From Chiloscyllium plagiosum (Eukaryota), in the NCBI RefSeq assembly GCF_004010195.1, contig NC_057711.1, positions 69,069,619 to 69,131,772 on the forward strand: a stretch of DNA of 62,154 nt, written 5' to 3'. The translations under genes and the position numbers were made by a program. Under the pieces are notes generated by a model. The model was given only the letters and a program-made list of their open reading frames with translations. It made no database searches and was not told where the DNA came from. Shown piece by piece: positions 39,455 to 51,795 of this stretch. How positions within the stretch are numbered: position 1 is the stretch's first letter; each line of letters starts with the position of its first letter.

Positions 39455-40600
39455 GGGTGATGTGCAAATGGGTGGGAGCTGGAGTTAAATGGGGAGAATT
39501 TAGAAATTATTCATTTTGGCCGATGGAATAAAGCTAAATAATTTTGAAATGGTGAGAACCTTGTAAATTATTTATTTATTATCATGTGTATTTTGTTACA
39601 AAATACAACGAAAAGTGTTGTAATTTTGAAAAGTATGGATATGTCACAATCCAGAGGGATTTGGGTGCTCTGGGCATGAAACAAGAAGTTATAATGCACA
39701 TACGTTGGGCATTACTGAAGAAGATAGTGGGCGGCACGGTGGCACAATGGTTAGCACTGCTGCCTCACAGCGCTAGAGACCCGGGTTCAATTCCCGCCTC
39801 AGGCGACTGACTGTGTGGAGTTTGCACGTTCTCCCCGTGTCTGCGTGGGTTTCCTCCGGGTGCTCCGGTTTCCTCCCACAGTCCAAAGATGTGCAGGTCA
39901 GGTGAATTGGCAATGCTAAATTGCCCGTAGTGTTAGGTATGGGTGGGTTGCGCTTCGGCGGGGCGGTGTGGACTTGTTGGGCTGAAGGGCCTGTTTCCAC
40001 ACTGTAAGTAATCTAATCTAATCTAATCTAAAGATTGAAGTACAAGAGTAAAGAAGTCTAGACGTATTGTGCTGAGCTTTGACTGTCCCACACCTGGAGT
40101 ACTGCGTGCAGTTTTGTCTCTATCTAAGAACGCATTCATCTGTCATAAAACGGATGTAACGAAAGTTCACTCAACTGATTTCTGGAATGACAGTGTTGTC
40201 CTGTGATGAAAAATGATGTAAAATAGGTTGATGTTCTCTGGAGTTCAGAGAGATGATCTTATTGAAACACATAGATGCTAAGAGGTTGCATCTCCTGAGT
40301 AAAGAGCCTAGAACAAGGGGGCACAGTCTCAAGATAGGAGTTTGGCATTTAGGACTGAGATGAGGAGAAATTTCTTTGCTCAGAGGCTGTGAATATTTGG
40401 AATTCCCCTTTCTGACAGAGCATTCACAGGTCTCATTGAATATATTTACAGCTGAGATCATGACATTTTTAGACTCAAAAGGAATTAGATATGTAGTGAT
40501 CCAGTGGCAAAATGGATGTGAGATAAAAGATGAACTGTGAGGTTTTTGATGGTGGAGTAGGATGGAAGAATATGGCCATCTCCTCTTTGTTTTGTATTCG
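39455..40600 (+). mobile_element. Older CR1 3' fragment interrupted by HE1
   Basis: QRDLG, HLEYCVQF and RGHSLKI motifs flank the SINE. Confidence 0.75.
39729..40030 (+). mobile_element. Full-length, little-diverged HE1 V-SINE
   Basis: A-box tggcacaatgg, B-box ggttcaattcc, V-domain, CpGs retained, (taatc)n tail. Confidence 0.97.
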
Positions 40601-40749
40601 TATGCGAAACTACGCTGCAGCCTGGTTCAAACATGGTACATGCAGTGGTAAAACTGAAAATTATCAAGGTTATAGCCAGAACTTTCCAATCTGCCTTAGA
40701 ATGGGGTGGGGGGAGTGGAGAGAATGGGTGTGTGTGTGTGTGTGTGAAA

Positions 40750-42130
40750 GACCATAAGACAGAAGAGCAGAATTAGGCCATTCAGCCCATTGAGTCTGCT
40801 TTGCTGTTTGCTCGGCGGTGAAATGTTTCTCAACCCATTCTCCTGTAACTGTTGATTACCTTCCTAAGAAGTTGGCTATCTGCGTCTTTAACACACCCAG
40901 TGACTTGGCTCCCACAGCTTTCAGTGGCAATGAGTTCCACAGATTCACCAATCTTTGTCTGAATAAATTTCTCCTTATCTCAGTACTAAAGGATTGGACC
41001 TTCACTCTGAGGCTGTACCCCCAGGGCCTAGCCTCTCCTATCAGTGGAAACATCTCTATGTCCACACTATCCAGGCCTCTCAGTACTCTGTAAATTTCGG
41101 TGAGATTCTCCCCACCTCCTCCTCAGAATCCTGAACTAGGAGTCCTAAGTCCCTTTGTCTTTCAGATTTCCAAAGCCTTTCCTATTTAGACAATAGTATG
41201 TGTCAGTAGTTCCACCCAAAGTGCAAAACCTCACACATTCCCACATTGTGTTTCATCTGGAACTTCTTTGCCCACTCTCCTAGCCTGTATGAGTCTTTCT
41301 GCTCCCTCACTACCACCTCAACACTACCTGACCCACTACCTATCTTTGGGTCATATGAAACTGAACAACAGTGTCATCAATTCCTTTACCCAGATCATTA
41401 ATATATAGCATGAATAGTTGTGGTCCCAACACTAACCCCTGAGGAGCTCCACTAGTCACCTGCTGCTATTCTGAAAAAGACCCCTTTATACCCATTCTCT
41501 GCCTTCTGCCCATCAGCCAATCCTCTAACCATACCAATACCTTGCCCCAACACCATGGGCTCCTATCTAATTTAGTAGCTTCCTGTGTGTTCACTTGTCA
41601 AAGGTTTTCTGGAAATCCAAGTTGATCACGTTCACAGGCTGTCCTTTGTCTAACTTGCTCAGTACCCCTTCAAAGAATTCTAACATATTTGTCAGGCATG
41701 ATCTCCCATTGACGAAGCCATGCTGACCCAGCCCTATTTTACCGTGCACTTCCAAGTACTCTGCAATCTCATCCTTAATAGTGGACTCTCAAATCTCGCC
41801 AGTGAATGAAGCCAAGCTAATTGGCCTATAATTTCTTGTCGAGGTGAAAGTGAGGACTGCAGATACTGGAGATTAGAATCATGATTAGAGTGGTGCTGGA
41901 AATGCACAGCAGGCAGCTTCCGAGGAGGGTTCCTGCCCGAAATGTCGATTTTCCTGCTCCTCGGATGCTGCCTGACCTGCTGTGCTTTTCCAGCACCATT
42001 CTAATCTAACTGTAATTTCCTGTCATCTACTTCCCTCCCTTTTTAAACAGGGCTGTTACATTAGCCAATTTTGTGTCTCTGACTCCAATAATTCCACCAA
42101 TGACCACCAATGTCTCCACAATCCTCTTAG
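40750..42130 (-). mobile_element. CR1-type LINE ORF2 relic
   Basis: RRNLFRQRLVNLWNSLP, SGAPQGLVLGP, QHGFV and NYRPISL motifs on the minus strand. Confidence 0.9.
41841..42009. mobile_element. Palindromic pLTR mini-element with TSD
   Basis: Inverted halves; TSD ct(a/g)taatttc(t/c)tgtc at 41826-41840 and 42010-42024. Confidence 0.88.
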
Positions 42131-42599
42131 CTGTCGTCATCAGTGACTTGTGTTGGTAGAGGGTGATGCAGAGACCACAGGATCGTAAATGTTTGTTAGG
42201 TATGATATTTTTTACTTATGAGTAAATATGCTTGTGTTTTGTTTTTAAAGGAAAGGACATTGACATTTCTGTAATGCCTTTTCTAACATCAAGATGCTCA
42301 AAATGTTTCACTAGCAAGAAAGCACAATTTGAAGTGCCATTATTGTTGAAATGTAGAAAATTCAGCAACCATCTAAGTATTGGATGTTCAGACAGCCTGT
42401 TTATAACGTTGATTGTGGCTGGCTGGAAGTAGATCTTGCTGTATTACAGAGAAAGAAGCTAGCCATTTTGGTGAGTTTGTGGTAACTGTTTAAGGTATTT
42501 TCTATTTTTAAAGTTTAATAGCATGTACAAGCTGGTGGTATGCTTAACAAAATATGTGCAAGGCAACAGGAAGATGTGACTATGAGTGAAGCAGGTAAG

Positions 42600-43250
42600 G
42601 GGGACACAGAGGGCGATTATACAGGGGTGTCAGTCTCAGCAATTGTCTCAGGTTTGAGGTTCACTCAGCATGTATGAATGGGAACAGGAACTGCAGGTTC
42701 CTGTGCAAATTGAACATGACATCATGTTCCATGAAGCCATTCAAGTGGAGGAACACTAGGAATAATATAGTAGTAACTGCAGCAGAAGTAGTAAAAGATA
42801 ATAAATAAAAGTGATTGAATATCATTCTCTGCAGCAAAGAATGAGAATCCTGGTGGCTGTGCTTCCTGCCCAGTGCCAGTGTTTGGGACACCAGTGCAAG
42901 AATGGAAAATAATGTGAAAAGAGAAATGGGAGGGGAACGCAGTGGTCATAGTCCATTAAGGTATCAACAACATAAGTAGGAAAGAGGCTCGACATGGAGA
43001 GTATGAGGAGCTAGGCACTAAATTGAAAATCAAAACCTCAAAGGTTATAATCTCTGGAACTACACCATGTGCAAATTGGCATTGGATATTTAACATAAAA
43101 ATAATGAAACATTGCTCCAAAACTGGTGTGAGAGGAATGGGTTCTGATTCGTGGGCCATGAGCACCAGTATTGGGGAAAATGGCTGGGCAGTTGGGACAA
43201 TCTTCACCTGAACAACACACCTGGGGCCAGTGTTCTTGAGAAGTAACTAA
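42600..43250 (+). mobile_element. Old CR1 ORF1 (SGNH esterase-like) relic
   Basis: VIVH*GINNISR, EYEELGTKLKIKTSKVIISG and DNLHLN motifs. Confidence 0.75.
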
Positions 43251-43254
43251 CTTC

Positions 43255-44208
43255 AAGTTGTAGACAAGGTGGTTAAAAAGACATTCAGCACACTTGCCTT
43301 CATTGCCCAGTCCTTTGAGTATAAGAGTGGGAAGTCATATTGAGGTTATACAGGACATTGGTGAGACTTCTCCTGGAATACTGTGTCCAGTTCTGGTTGC
43401 CTTGTTACAGGTCAGGTATTATTAAGCTGGAGAGGGTTCAGAAGAGATTTATCAGGACATTGCCAGGTATGAAGGTTTGAGTTATAAAAGGCTAGACAGT
43501 CTGGGATTTTTTTTTTAACTGGAGAGTAGGAGGGTGAGGTTTAGAGATGTAGCAATTTATGAAGTCATGAGGAGTATGGACAAAGTTAATGCGGCACAGT
43601 GGCTCAGTAGTTAGTACTGCTGCCTCTCAGCGCCAGGAACACGGGATCAATTCTAGCCTTTGGCAACTGTCTGTGTGGAGTTTGCACATTCTTCTTGTTT
43701 CCTCCCACCATCCAAAGATGTACAGGTTAGGTGAATTGGCCGTGCTAAATTGCCCATAGTGTTCACGGATGTGTAGGTTGGTTGCATTAGTCAGGGGTAA
43801 ATATATAATAGGGGAATGGGTCTGGGTGAGTTACTTTTCAGAAGGTCAGTGTGGACTTGTTGGGCCGAAGGACCTGTTTCCACACTGTAGGAATGCTAAT
43901 TCTAATGGTAGATGTATTTTCGCAGGGGTGGAGGGTTTCAAGACAAAGTGGCATATTTTTAAGGTTTTAGGAGTGAGATTCAAAAAAGATATGAGGGGCA
44001 AATGTTTACACAAAGGGTGGTTCATGTGTGGAATGAACTTTGTGAGGAAGAGAGCAGAGTTACAACGTTTAAAAGGCACTTAGATAAGTCCATGAGCAGG
44101 AAGGGTTTGGAGGGTTATGGGCCAAACACAGGTAGTGGGGCTAGTTTAGTTTGGGATTATGTCAGCGTGGACTGGTTGAACCATAGGATCTGTTTCCAAA
44201 CTGTATGA
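43255..44208 (+). mobile_element. Younger CR1/HER1 3' fragment (contains HE1)
   Basis: LEYCVQFW and FTQRVVHVWNEL motifs; tail ctgtatgact. Confidence 0.9.
43591..43900 (+). mobile_element. HE1-type V-SINE
   Basis: gcggcacagtggctcagtagttag head, partly deleted V-domain, tail. Confidence 0.93.
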
Positions 44209-44752
44209 CTCAGGTGGATCAGAAAATTTGGCGTGTCCGTAAGGATCTTCACCAATGTCTACAGATGCACCATTGACAGCATACTGTCCGGGTACATAAT
44301 GGCTTGGTATGGCAACTGCTCTGCCCAGGATCATAAGAAACTACAGAAGGTGGTGTGCACAGCCCAGACCGTCACATAAGCCAACTTTCCATCCATTGAC
44401 TCCATTTGCATGGCTCGCTGTTGCGGAAAGGCTGCCAGTATCTTCAAAAACTCATCGCATCCCAGTAATGATCTCCTATAACCTCTTCTGTCAGGCCGAA
44501 GATACTGAAGCCTGAACCTGAACAGCAGGTTCAGGAACAGCTTTTTCCGGGTCGTTATTAGACTGATGAATGGACTGTCTGGCCTCAAGTTAATGCTGAT
44601 CTTGCTAATGTTGATCTCACCTAGCGCATGCCCTGTATGCCTCTGCCTAAGTCTTTTTGATCAAACATTCTTGCTTACTATGATTTGCTTGGACTACTTG
44701 TGAACAAAGCTTTTCACTGTACCTCATACACGTGACAATTAATCAACCAATC
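44209..44752 (+). mobile_element. Rex1/Babar-type LINE 3' fragment
   Basis: RKFGVSVRIFTNVYRCTIDSILSGYIMAWYGNCSAQDHKKLQKVV; tail ttttcactgtacctc...gtgacaat. Confidence 0.85.
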
Positions 44753-44759
44753 ATTGAAG

Positions 44760-44910
44760 TAAATAAAAAAAAACTAGATGCTGGAAATCTGAAACAGAAA
44801 CAAATTGCTGGAGAAACTCAGCAGGTCTGAATTCTGGCCTTGGAACATTGATTGTGCTTTCTCTCCACTGATGTTGCCAGATCTGAGTTTTTCCAGTATG
44901 TTTTCCTTTT
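44760..44910. mobile_element. Old inverted pLTR mini-element
   Basis: agatgctggaaatctgaaac...ctcagcaggtctg followed by an inverted half. Confidence 0.7.
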
Positions 44911-46930
44911 CTGAAGAGTAGTGGCTTTGAAATGATAATGATTGGGTTCAGAATATTGAAGAATATATGATGTTCAAGAAAAATGAAAGGCTTGGTAAAT
45001 ATGGTGGGGTAGCACTGTTAATCAATGATGGCATTTATGCAATGGGGTGAGAGATGATCTTAGTTCAGCACGTTGAATCATTTTGATGGGAACTGGGGAA
45101 TAGTAGGGGGAAGAAGTCGTTAATGGATGTTGTTTTCAAACTCCGTAAGAGTGACTGCAATGTGGGACAAAGTATACAAGAATAAATGTTGGTCCCGTAT
45201 TATAAAGGAATGGTAACGATTATGGGTGTCCATAAACTACATATAAGATTGAAAAAATCAGATTGGCTTGGTTGAGTTCGTAGAATGCTTTCAATATAGT
45301 TTCTTAGAGCAGCACGTTTTGAAACTGACTGGAAAGGTTAAATTAAACACAGTATTAGATAACGTGACTTGTTTATTTAATTGCCGTACAGTTCGACTTG
45401 GTAGCAGCAACCTTAATATAATTGAATTTTACATCCAGTTTGAAAGGGAGAAGACTTTTTTTTTAAAGCATTAATGATGTGGCATCTAAAACTGCACTAG
45501 TTGAAGTCAGCTAGCATAACAGACAAGGAAACAGGTCAGTGCAGACGGTAGAGTCAGACAATTAAGGGAATATTTCAAAATATTCAGAATAAGTATATTC
45601 CCACTGTAGAGAAAAATTCTAAAAGAGATCCCATCATTCGTGTTAATTATTAGCAGTTCAGGAAGGTATCAGGTTTGAGGAAAAAGCATACAAATGTGTG
45701 CAGGTGAGTGGCAGGAAGCATTTCCTCTAACCTGCACAGTCGTGCAACTGCTGGGAAGCTCCATACATGTCAATCAGCAAGCTGCATGTAGCTTCCACTT
45801 GTGGAAGTTGCTGCCAAGCACAGACTTCAGAGGCCCATTCACTGGCAAGGAATGTGAGAGTGAATGTTGGCGGTATGTCTACTTGATCAGAATACAAATA
45901 ATGAGTTAAAATTAAAGTATGCAAGGTAGCTAGATAGGAATTTAATAACAGCTGGAGTTTCTACAGGTATTTAAAAAGAAAAAGTGTAAGTAAATTGAGT
46001 GTCGGTCCACTGGAGAGTGAGAATGGAAAGTTAATTGTTGATAATAAGAAAATGGTGGATGAGACTAATATATATTTTCGCACAGGACACAAAAATTTCC
46101 ATAGTAGCTGTAAACCAAGAGGTGGAAGAGGCAGGAATTTGGTGAAATTACAATCAAACTAAACAACAGATGGACAGAGTTTCAATTGGACTGGGAAGGA
46201 GCAAATGTGGCTGCTGTTTTCAAGAAGAGAGGGAAGCAGAAAACGGGTAACTGCTGGCTGACAGTTAGCTTGATGTCTGTTGTAGGCAAGGTATTAGAAT
46301 CTACCATGGAGGTTATGGCTGCATACTTAGAAAAACTCAAGGTAATTGGGAGGGGTCAGCATGATTTTGTCAAAGGAAAATATTGTTTAACCAAGTTATT
46401 GAAGTTTTTTTGAAGGAGTGACGCAATGTGGACAAAGGTGATTCTGTAGATGCACCATACTTGGATATCCGGAATGCATTTGATAAGGTGCTATATTATT
46501 GCAGAAACTCAAAGCTCATGGTGTAGGGGTAACATATTGGTGTAGATAGGTGATTGGCTAGCTGACCGGATACAGAGCATATACATAAATGGGTCTCTGA
46601 TTGGCATGATGGGACAATTGAAGTCTGGACTGTAACCTCAACCTTTTATATCAGCGGTTTAAATGGTGGAGCAAAGGCATCATATCGAAATCCGCAGATG
46701 TCACCGAGAGATGTCGGAAGCATGTCGTGAAGAATACAGCAGAAAGCTGCAGATGGATATGGATAGGTTGAGTGAATAGGTGAATACCTGGCAGATCAAG
46801 TAAAATGCAAACTATTTGTTCCCTTTGGCTGAAAGAATAAAATGCACAGTAATATTTAAACAGAGAATGACCACAAAATTCTGAGATGTGTGCAAACATA
46901 GGCATTCTACTGCATAAGTCACAAAGTTAG

Positions 46931-47890
46931 TAATACCATACACTTCAGAACTTTAATAACTGTTCAGGAATTGAAAGAATCAGCAATAACGTTTTCTAGA
47001 ATAATCTGTTCCCTGAGATCACTGGACAAGGAATTAAATGCAATATGCCAATTAGCCATATACAAACTGAAAGAACTGTGGTTGATGTAAATTAGAAACA
47101 AAAGCAGAAACTGCTGGAGAAGCTCAGCAGGTGTGGCAGCATCTGTGGAGATAAATAAAAGTTAATATTTCAGCTTGAGTGACCCATCCTCCGATCTGGA
47201 GTTCTGAGAAAGGGTCACTCGAACCTAAGTATCAACTCTGATTTCTGTCCACAGATACTGTCAGATCTACTGAGTTTTTCCAGCAGTTTCTGTTTTTGAT
47301 GCCTATTAGCCAGGGAAAGGAAGGAGTTGAATCTACGTAAACTGTTTTAACTGTTAGATAACTGGCTGCCTTCTGTCACAAGGACAAATGATTGTCCTGC
47401 AGAAGAATTTAAGGAGTTAATGGCAGGATAGACAGTGTTTCGAACAGACAGTTAACACTGAATGTATCAAAGAATGAAAAGCCACTCCCAATAAGAAGAC
47501 AAGACACAGACTTGATGACTCCAGAAATGGAATCAATGTTGTGGTTGAATGGAACTAAATTATCATCGATAATGTCACATCACTAACTTCACAAGACAGA
47601 AAATCCTATGAGAATTCAACTTTGGAATTCATCTGCAGCAGGACTCCAGCGAATCACACTGCACAAGGACCGAATCCTGAACGTATCCAGAGACAGATGC
47701 TGTTGGTTGGAATCCTAGCTAAATTCCACTGTTAATTGGGTAATAACTAAGTTGGGACTTGTGAGGCTTGCTTAGTTGAGGGGTCTTGTTCTGGTTGCTA
47801 TATGTAATAAAATTTAAGTAATTGTTTCAGTATTTGTGAGATTAATCAGTGAGATTTCTTAAGTTGAGTTGAAGGTGGCTTGTAGTAACG
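46931..47890. mobile_element. Approximately 1-kb non-coding insertion in CR1, possibly a solo LTR
   Basis: CR1 is collinear on both sides; an aataaa and a gtaac-like end are present, but the termini are degenerate. Confidence 0.35.
47059..47298. mobile_element. Palindromic pLTR mini-element with TSD
   Basis: Inverted halves around ctgagaagggtcactcgaacc; TSD atgcc(a/t)attagcca at 47045-47058 and 47299-47312. Confidence 0.85.
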
Positions 47891-48616
47891 TACATGCAAA
47901 ACAGCAGGTAATCACAAAGACTAATGGGTTGCTATCCTTTATGACAAGAGGAATTGATCATTAAAATAAGGATGTTGTTCATCAGTTAGAGAGGGGATTG
48001 GTGTGAGAACATCTTGAGTACTGTGTAGTTTTAGGAAGGATGTAAAGGTAGTTCAGAGAAGGTTTACTAGATTAATATATGAAATTAATGCGCTGTCTTC
48101 TAAGGATAGATTGGAGAAGGCTGGGCTTGATTCTGTAGGAGTTTAGAAGAGTGAGATGCTGACTTGATTGAAATGAATAAAACTGAATGGTCTTGACAAG
48201 ATGGACAGGAAAGAACATATGTTCTTATGGATCAGTCAGAACTGGGAGGCACTGTTTTAAAATTATAGGTTGCCCATTTCAGGACAGATGTACAAATTTT
48301 ATTTTCAAAGCTTGTGTGAACTTGGATCTGTGCTTCAAAGTGATAGAGGCAGAATTCATGAATATTTTTATTTTTAAGGTAGTGGTGGATAGATTGTTGC
48401 TAGGCAGGGGAATCGAGGGTTATCAGGATAGATGGAAACATGGAACTCCAAACATAAACATATTGACAATGACAACTCACGTAGAAGAGACTTAAGGAGC
48501 CATTTGGTATGTTTCGGCTCCTATTTGATGTTTACCTAATTTGTGACCGAGAGTACTGGGTGAGTTCATAATTTCTTTTTAAAAATAGTGCTTCTTTAGA
48601 GAGAAGACACTATATT

Positions 48617-48780
48617 GGTTTAATGTCTTATATGGTAGACTGCACTTCTGACAGTTCAGCAGTCATTCAGCAATTCAATAAAATATCACCCCCAGGTTAT
48701 AAACTCTAGTCTATTGAGCGAGGGTGAATACCATGACCACCTCACTCAAAATTCAGAGTGCTATCCTGACTGAAATCAGT
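48617..48780 (-). mobile_element. DeuSINE/SacSINE1-like relic (head and Deu domain)
   Basis: ggtttaatgtcttat...agactgcacttctgacagttcagca resembles the reverse Deu domain. Confidence 0.55.
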
Positions 48781-48837
48781 TGTGCTATAGCCGTGCATTT
48801 TATTTATGTGATATGTCATGAAGAATTTCATTTTTTT

Positions 48838-49920
48838 TATTATTCATCCTTGGGATGTGGATGCAGCTGGCTAAACCAGCATTACTTGCTCACCTCAAAT
48901 TATTTTTGAGAAGGTGGTATTGAGTTGCCTTCTTAAACCACAGTAATCCACAGGGTAGGTAGACCGCTAGTGCTGCTGGAGAGTGGGTTCCAGGATGTGG
49001 GCCCAATGACAGTGAAGGAATGATGATACATTTCCAAGTCAGGATGGAGTGTGGCTTGGATGGGAATGTGCAAGTGGTGCTGTTCCAATATCTCTGACCT
49101 CATCCTTCAAGGTGGGAGAGAGTTTGAAAAGTGCTGTCCATAAAGCTTTGTGTTGTTGCAGTTCATCTTGTTGACAGTCCTGCAAGTGAATCTTTAATAT
49201 GTTTGATGGGCTGCTAATCAAACAGGCCGCTTGATGATGTCAAACTTCTTGAGTACTGCCGGAGCTGCACTTATCCAGGCAAGTAGAGATTTTTTGTCAT
49301 ACTCCTGATTTGTGCATTTTAGATGGTGGACAAGCTTTTGGGGTATCAGGATGTAAGTTAGTAGCTGCAGAGTTCCCTGCCTCCAAACTGCTGTTGTACC
49401 CACAGTACATATGTGGCTGGTCCAGTTCAGTTCTGGTCGGTGGTAACCTCATTATGATAGTGTAAGGTTTGCTAACAGAATGGAGTTTTGGCTATATTCT
49501 CTCTGTTGGAAATGGTCACTATCTGGAACTTGTGGGGCATAGATTTTACTTGCCATTTGTCAGCTGAAGCGTGATTGCTGTTCAGGCCTTGCTGTGTAGG
49601 AGCCAGAGTTATTTCACTGTCTGAAGAGTCTCAAATCATGCTGAATGTTGTGCTTCTGCAAACATCCCACTTCTGATGTAGGGAAAGTAATTGATGAAGC
49701 ACCTGAAGGTAATTAGGCCTAGGACACTATCCTGAGGAACTTGTGGGCACTGGTAGTGTCCCTATCTCAGTCAGTTCATCTGGGTTCACGTGCGACCTGA
49801 ATCATTGGTGCATCATAACATCTGTGAACAGATTAGTGAAGGAAATATCAATTCTAAGGAAGTCCTGCAGTGATATCCTAGGACTGAGATGATTGACCTC
49901 CAAGGATTACAACCATCTTT
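48838..49920 (-). mobile_element. LINE family B 3' fragment
   Basis: Antisense match to 60050-60990, including the 3' tail. Confidence 0.75.
49744..49850 (+). mobile_element. Short tRNA-derived SINE
   Basis: gcactggtagtgtccct...gggttcacgt boxes; flanked by ctgaggaact/ctaaggaagt, a possible TSD. Confidence 0.5.
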
Positions 49921-51795
49921 CTCTGTAGAAAGTTTAAAAACAAAGGAAGAGTCATTGCATAAGTGACCTCATTCTTTCCAGCTCCGCTGCAGAAAACCAA
50001 AATTATACTGAGTTGTCTTTGTGCTACATTGTTCTGCCCTGATATTGACTTGTTTGTTTTTAGGTACAGGTGGACTGATTTAACTGAATGGCAAAAGATA
50101 CTGAAGTGCCTGCTCTTGTTAGGTTTTGTAACTTGACTTGGGAAATTCTCCAAAAGGTTGTCCTAAGGATGTTTTAGAAGATTTTAGTATTCAAACCAAT
50201 CTTATATAAAAAAAAAGCAAAACATTTTTATGTGCGTAGAAAGAGACAATTGAAATTATTCAGTTGCGCGATCCTTTCATGGACTTTTTTTAATCACTTC
50301 TTCTCTGGTACAGTCATTTTCCTTTACCAAATATTGTTTTTCATTTTTTATTTGCACTTGATTGTAATAGTCCCTTTAACCAAGTGACCTAGCTTATTTC
50401 AATAATAATACAGCTAATATTGGATGGCTATATCCAGTCACAGCAACTTAAGTTTATGAATTGAAGTTTTGAGTTTCTAGGAATGTACTCCCGATCTAGC
50501 ATTTAATTTGTTCATTAAATTTATGTTACTGGCAAGGTTCCCAATTTATTACAGTTCCAGACTGGATACCTCAAACTGCTAAGCTCCCAAGTGAAGGAAT
50601 AAACAGGATATCCTTGGCTATTCACCCACCCCCTCAGTTGGTCACAACAAGGTTAATTTAAAATGTTTCCAGAAGTATCCCTTCCCTTGTGGATACCTTT
50701 CTCCAAACCAGATGAATTTATGTTTTTAAAAGGGAACCAGTTTCATTAGTTTCACTTGGATTAATAAAAAGAGTGACTTTATTAATTACTAAATAATCCA
50801 ACATATAATACAGATGAAAAATAGGAGGTCAGTCCAGTAAGATAGAAGTTTGAATACAGATATATGAATCAGTCTTTGAATTACTTCTGAAGAGAAGATA
50901 GCTGAACTTTGTGGATGTCACTGATAGCATTGATATTGATAGCCGAGCAGATGATTTTGTGATTTTGTTTTTGAAGGTTGATTAAAACTCTTAATTGCTG
51001 TGATTTCTTTCAGTAGTAGTTGACTCGGCAGCACTGAGTGTGTAAGAGAGTCTTTTCCCTTTCTTGACCGTGGGATGCTTCAATGGCCATTCTTGGAGTT
51101 GTGATCCTCCCGGCCCACAGATCCAGACGCTAGGATGTCCGTCCACTAACGCACACAGCCCAGGGGTAAACGTCACTTCCAGCCCCTGTCTCTTTGTATT
51201 CTTGAAATAGGGAATATGTAAATATGTTCTTCACCCAGACTACTGTCTTTTTCAGCATGGTGTTCATTTTGTAATGCCAGATGGTTAAAACTTCAATTTA
51301 TAATATAATTTTCTCCCTTTGAGTCACCTTTGACATCTCATCAGATGTGACATTCCAGAATCTCTCTCCAGGCAGCCACTGAATTTACATCAACAGTCGA
51401 CTTTTAGCTGTATGCCCCTTTTTGTTGATAAAACACGTAACTAAAGTTTGATGTGATAGATGCTCCAGGATTATAATCCGAGGTCATGATACACAGTCGC
51501 TGTTTTGGTGAAACAATAATTTGAAGAGAATCAAATTACGTTTAGTTAATGTAGCTGTGAAGGTATGTGCATGGATATTCTAATGGGGACTTTTTATCAT
51601 TGAATAACATTCAATTTGAATAGTTTAAATAGGATGATCTTCAGTTGGACCTCATTAATTTTACTCAGATCTCCCTGTTTAAAGCTGTTAAAATGTAGTA
51701 TCTCCAAGAAAATAGAAGCATACTTTTTTGTAGAAATTTGATTTGTTCAGTTTATGGCTAGCATTTTTCTTCTGCTTCCTCATGGAAGCTCTGGT

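Larger units (their letters stand above)
44912..48530 (+). mobile_element. Old CR1 ORF2 relic (APE to 3' end), interrupted at about 46931-47890
   Basis: GGVALLI, DWEGANVAAVFKKRGKQKTGN, QHDFVKGKYCLTKLLKFF, AFDKV and SKSADVT motifs; resumes at 47891. Confidence 0.85.

Noticed and set aside
39729..39800. tRNA gene
   Set aside because: The A and B boxes belong to a SINE head that continues into the V-domain; the same holds for all HE1 copies and 13644.
40728..40746. (GT)n microsatellite and other 10-12 bp tandem doublets (33727, 56041)
   Set aside because: Ordinary slippage repeats.
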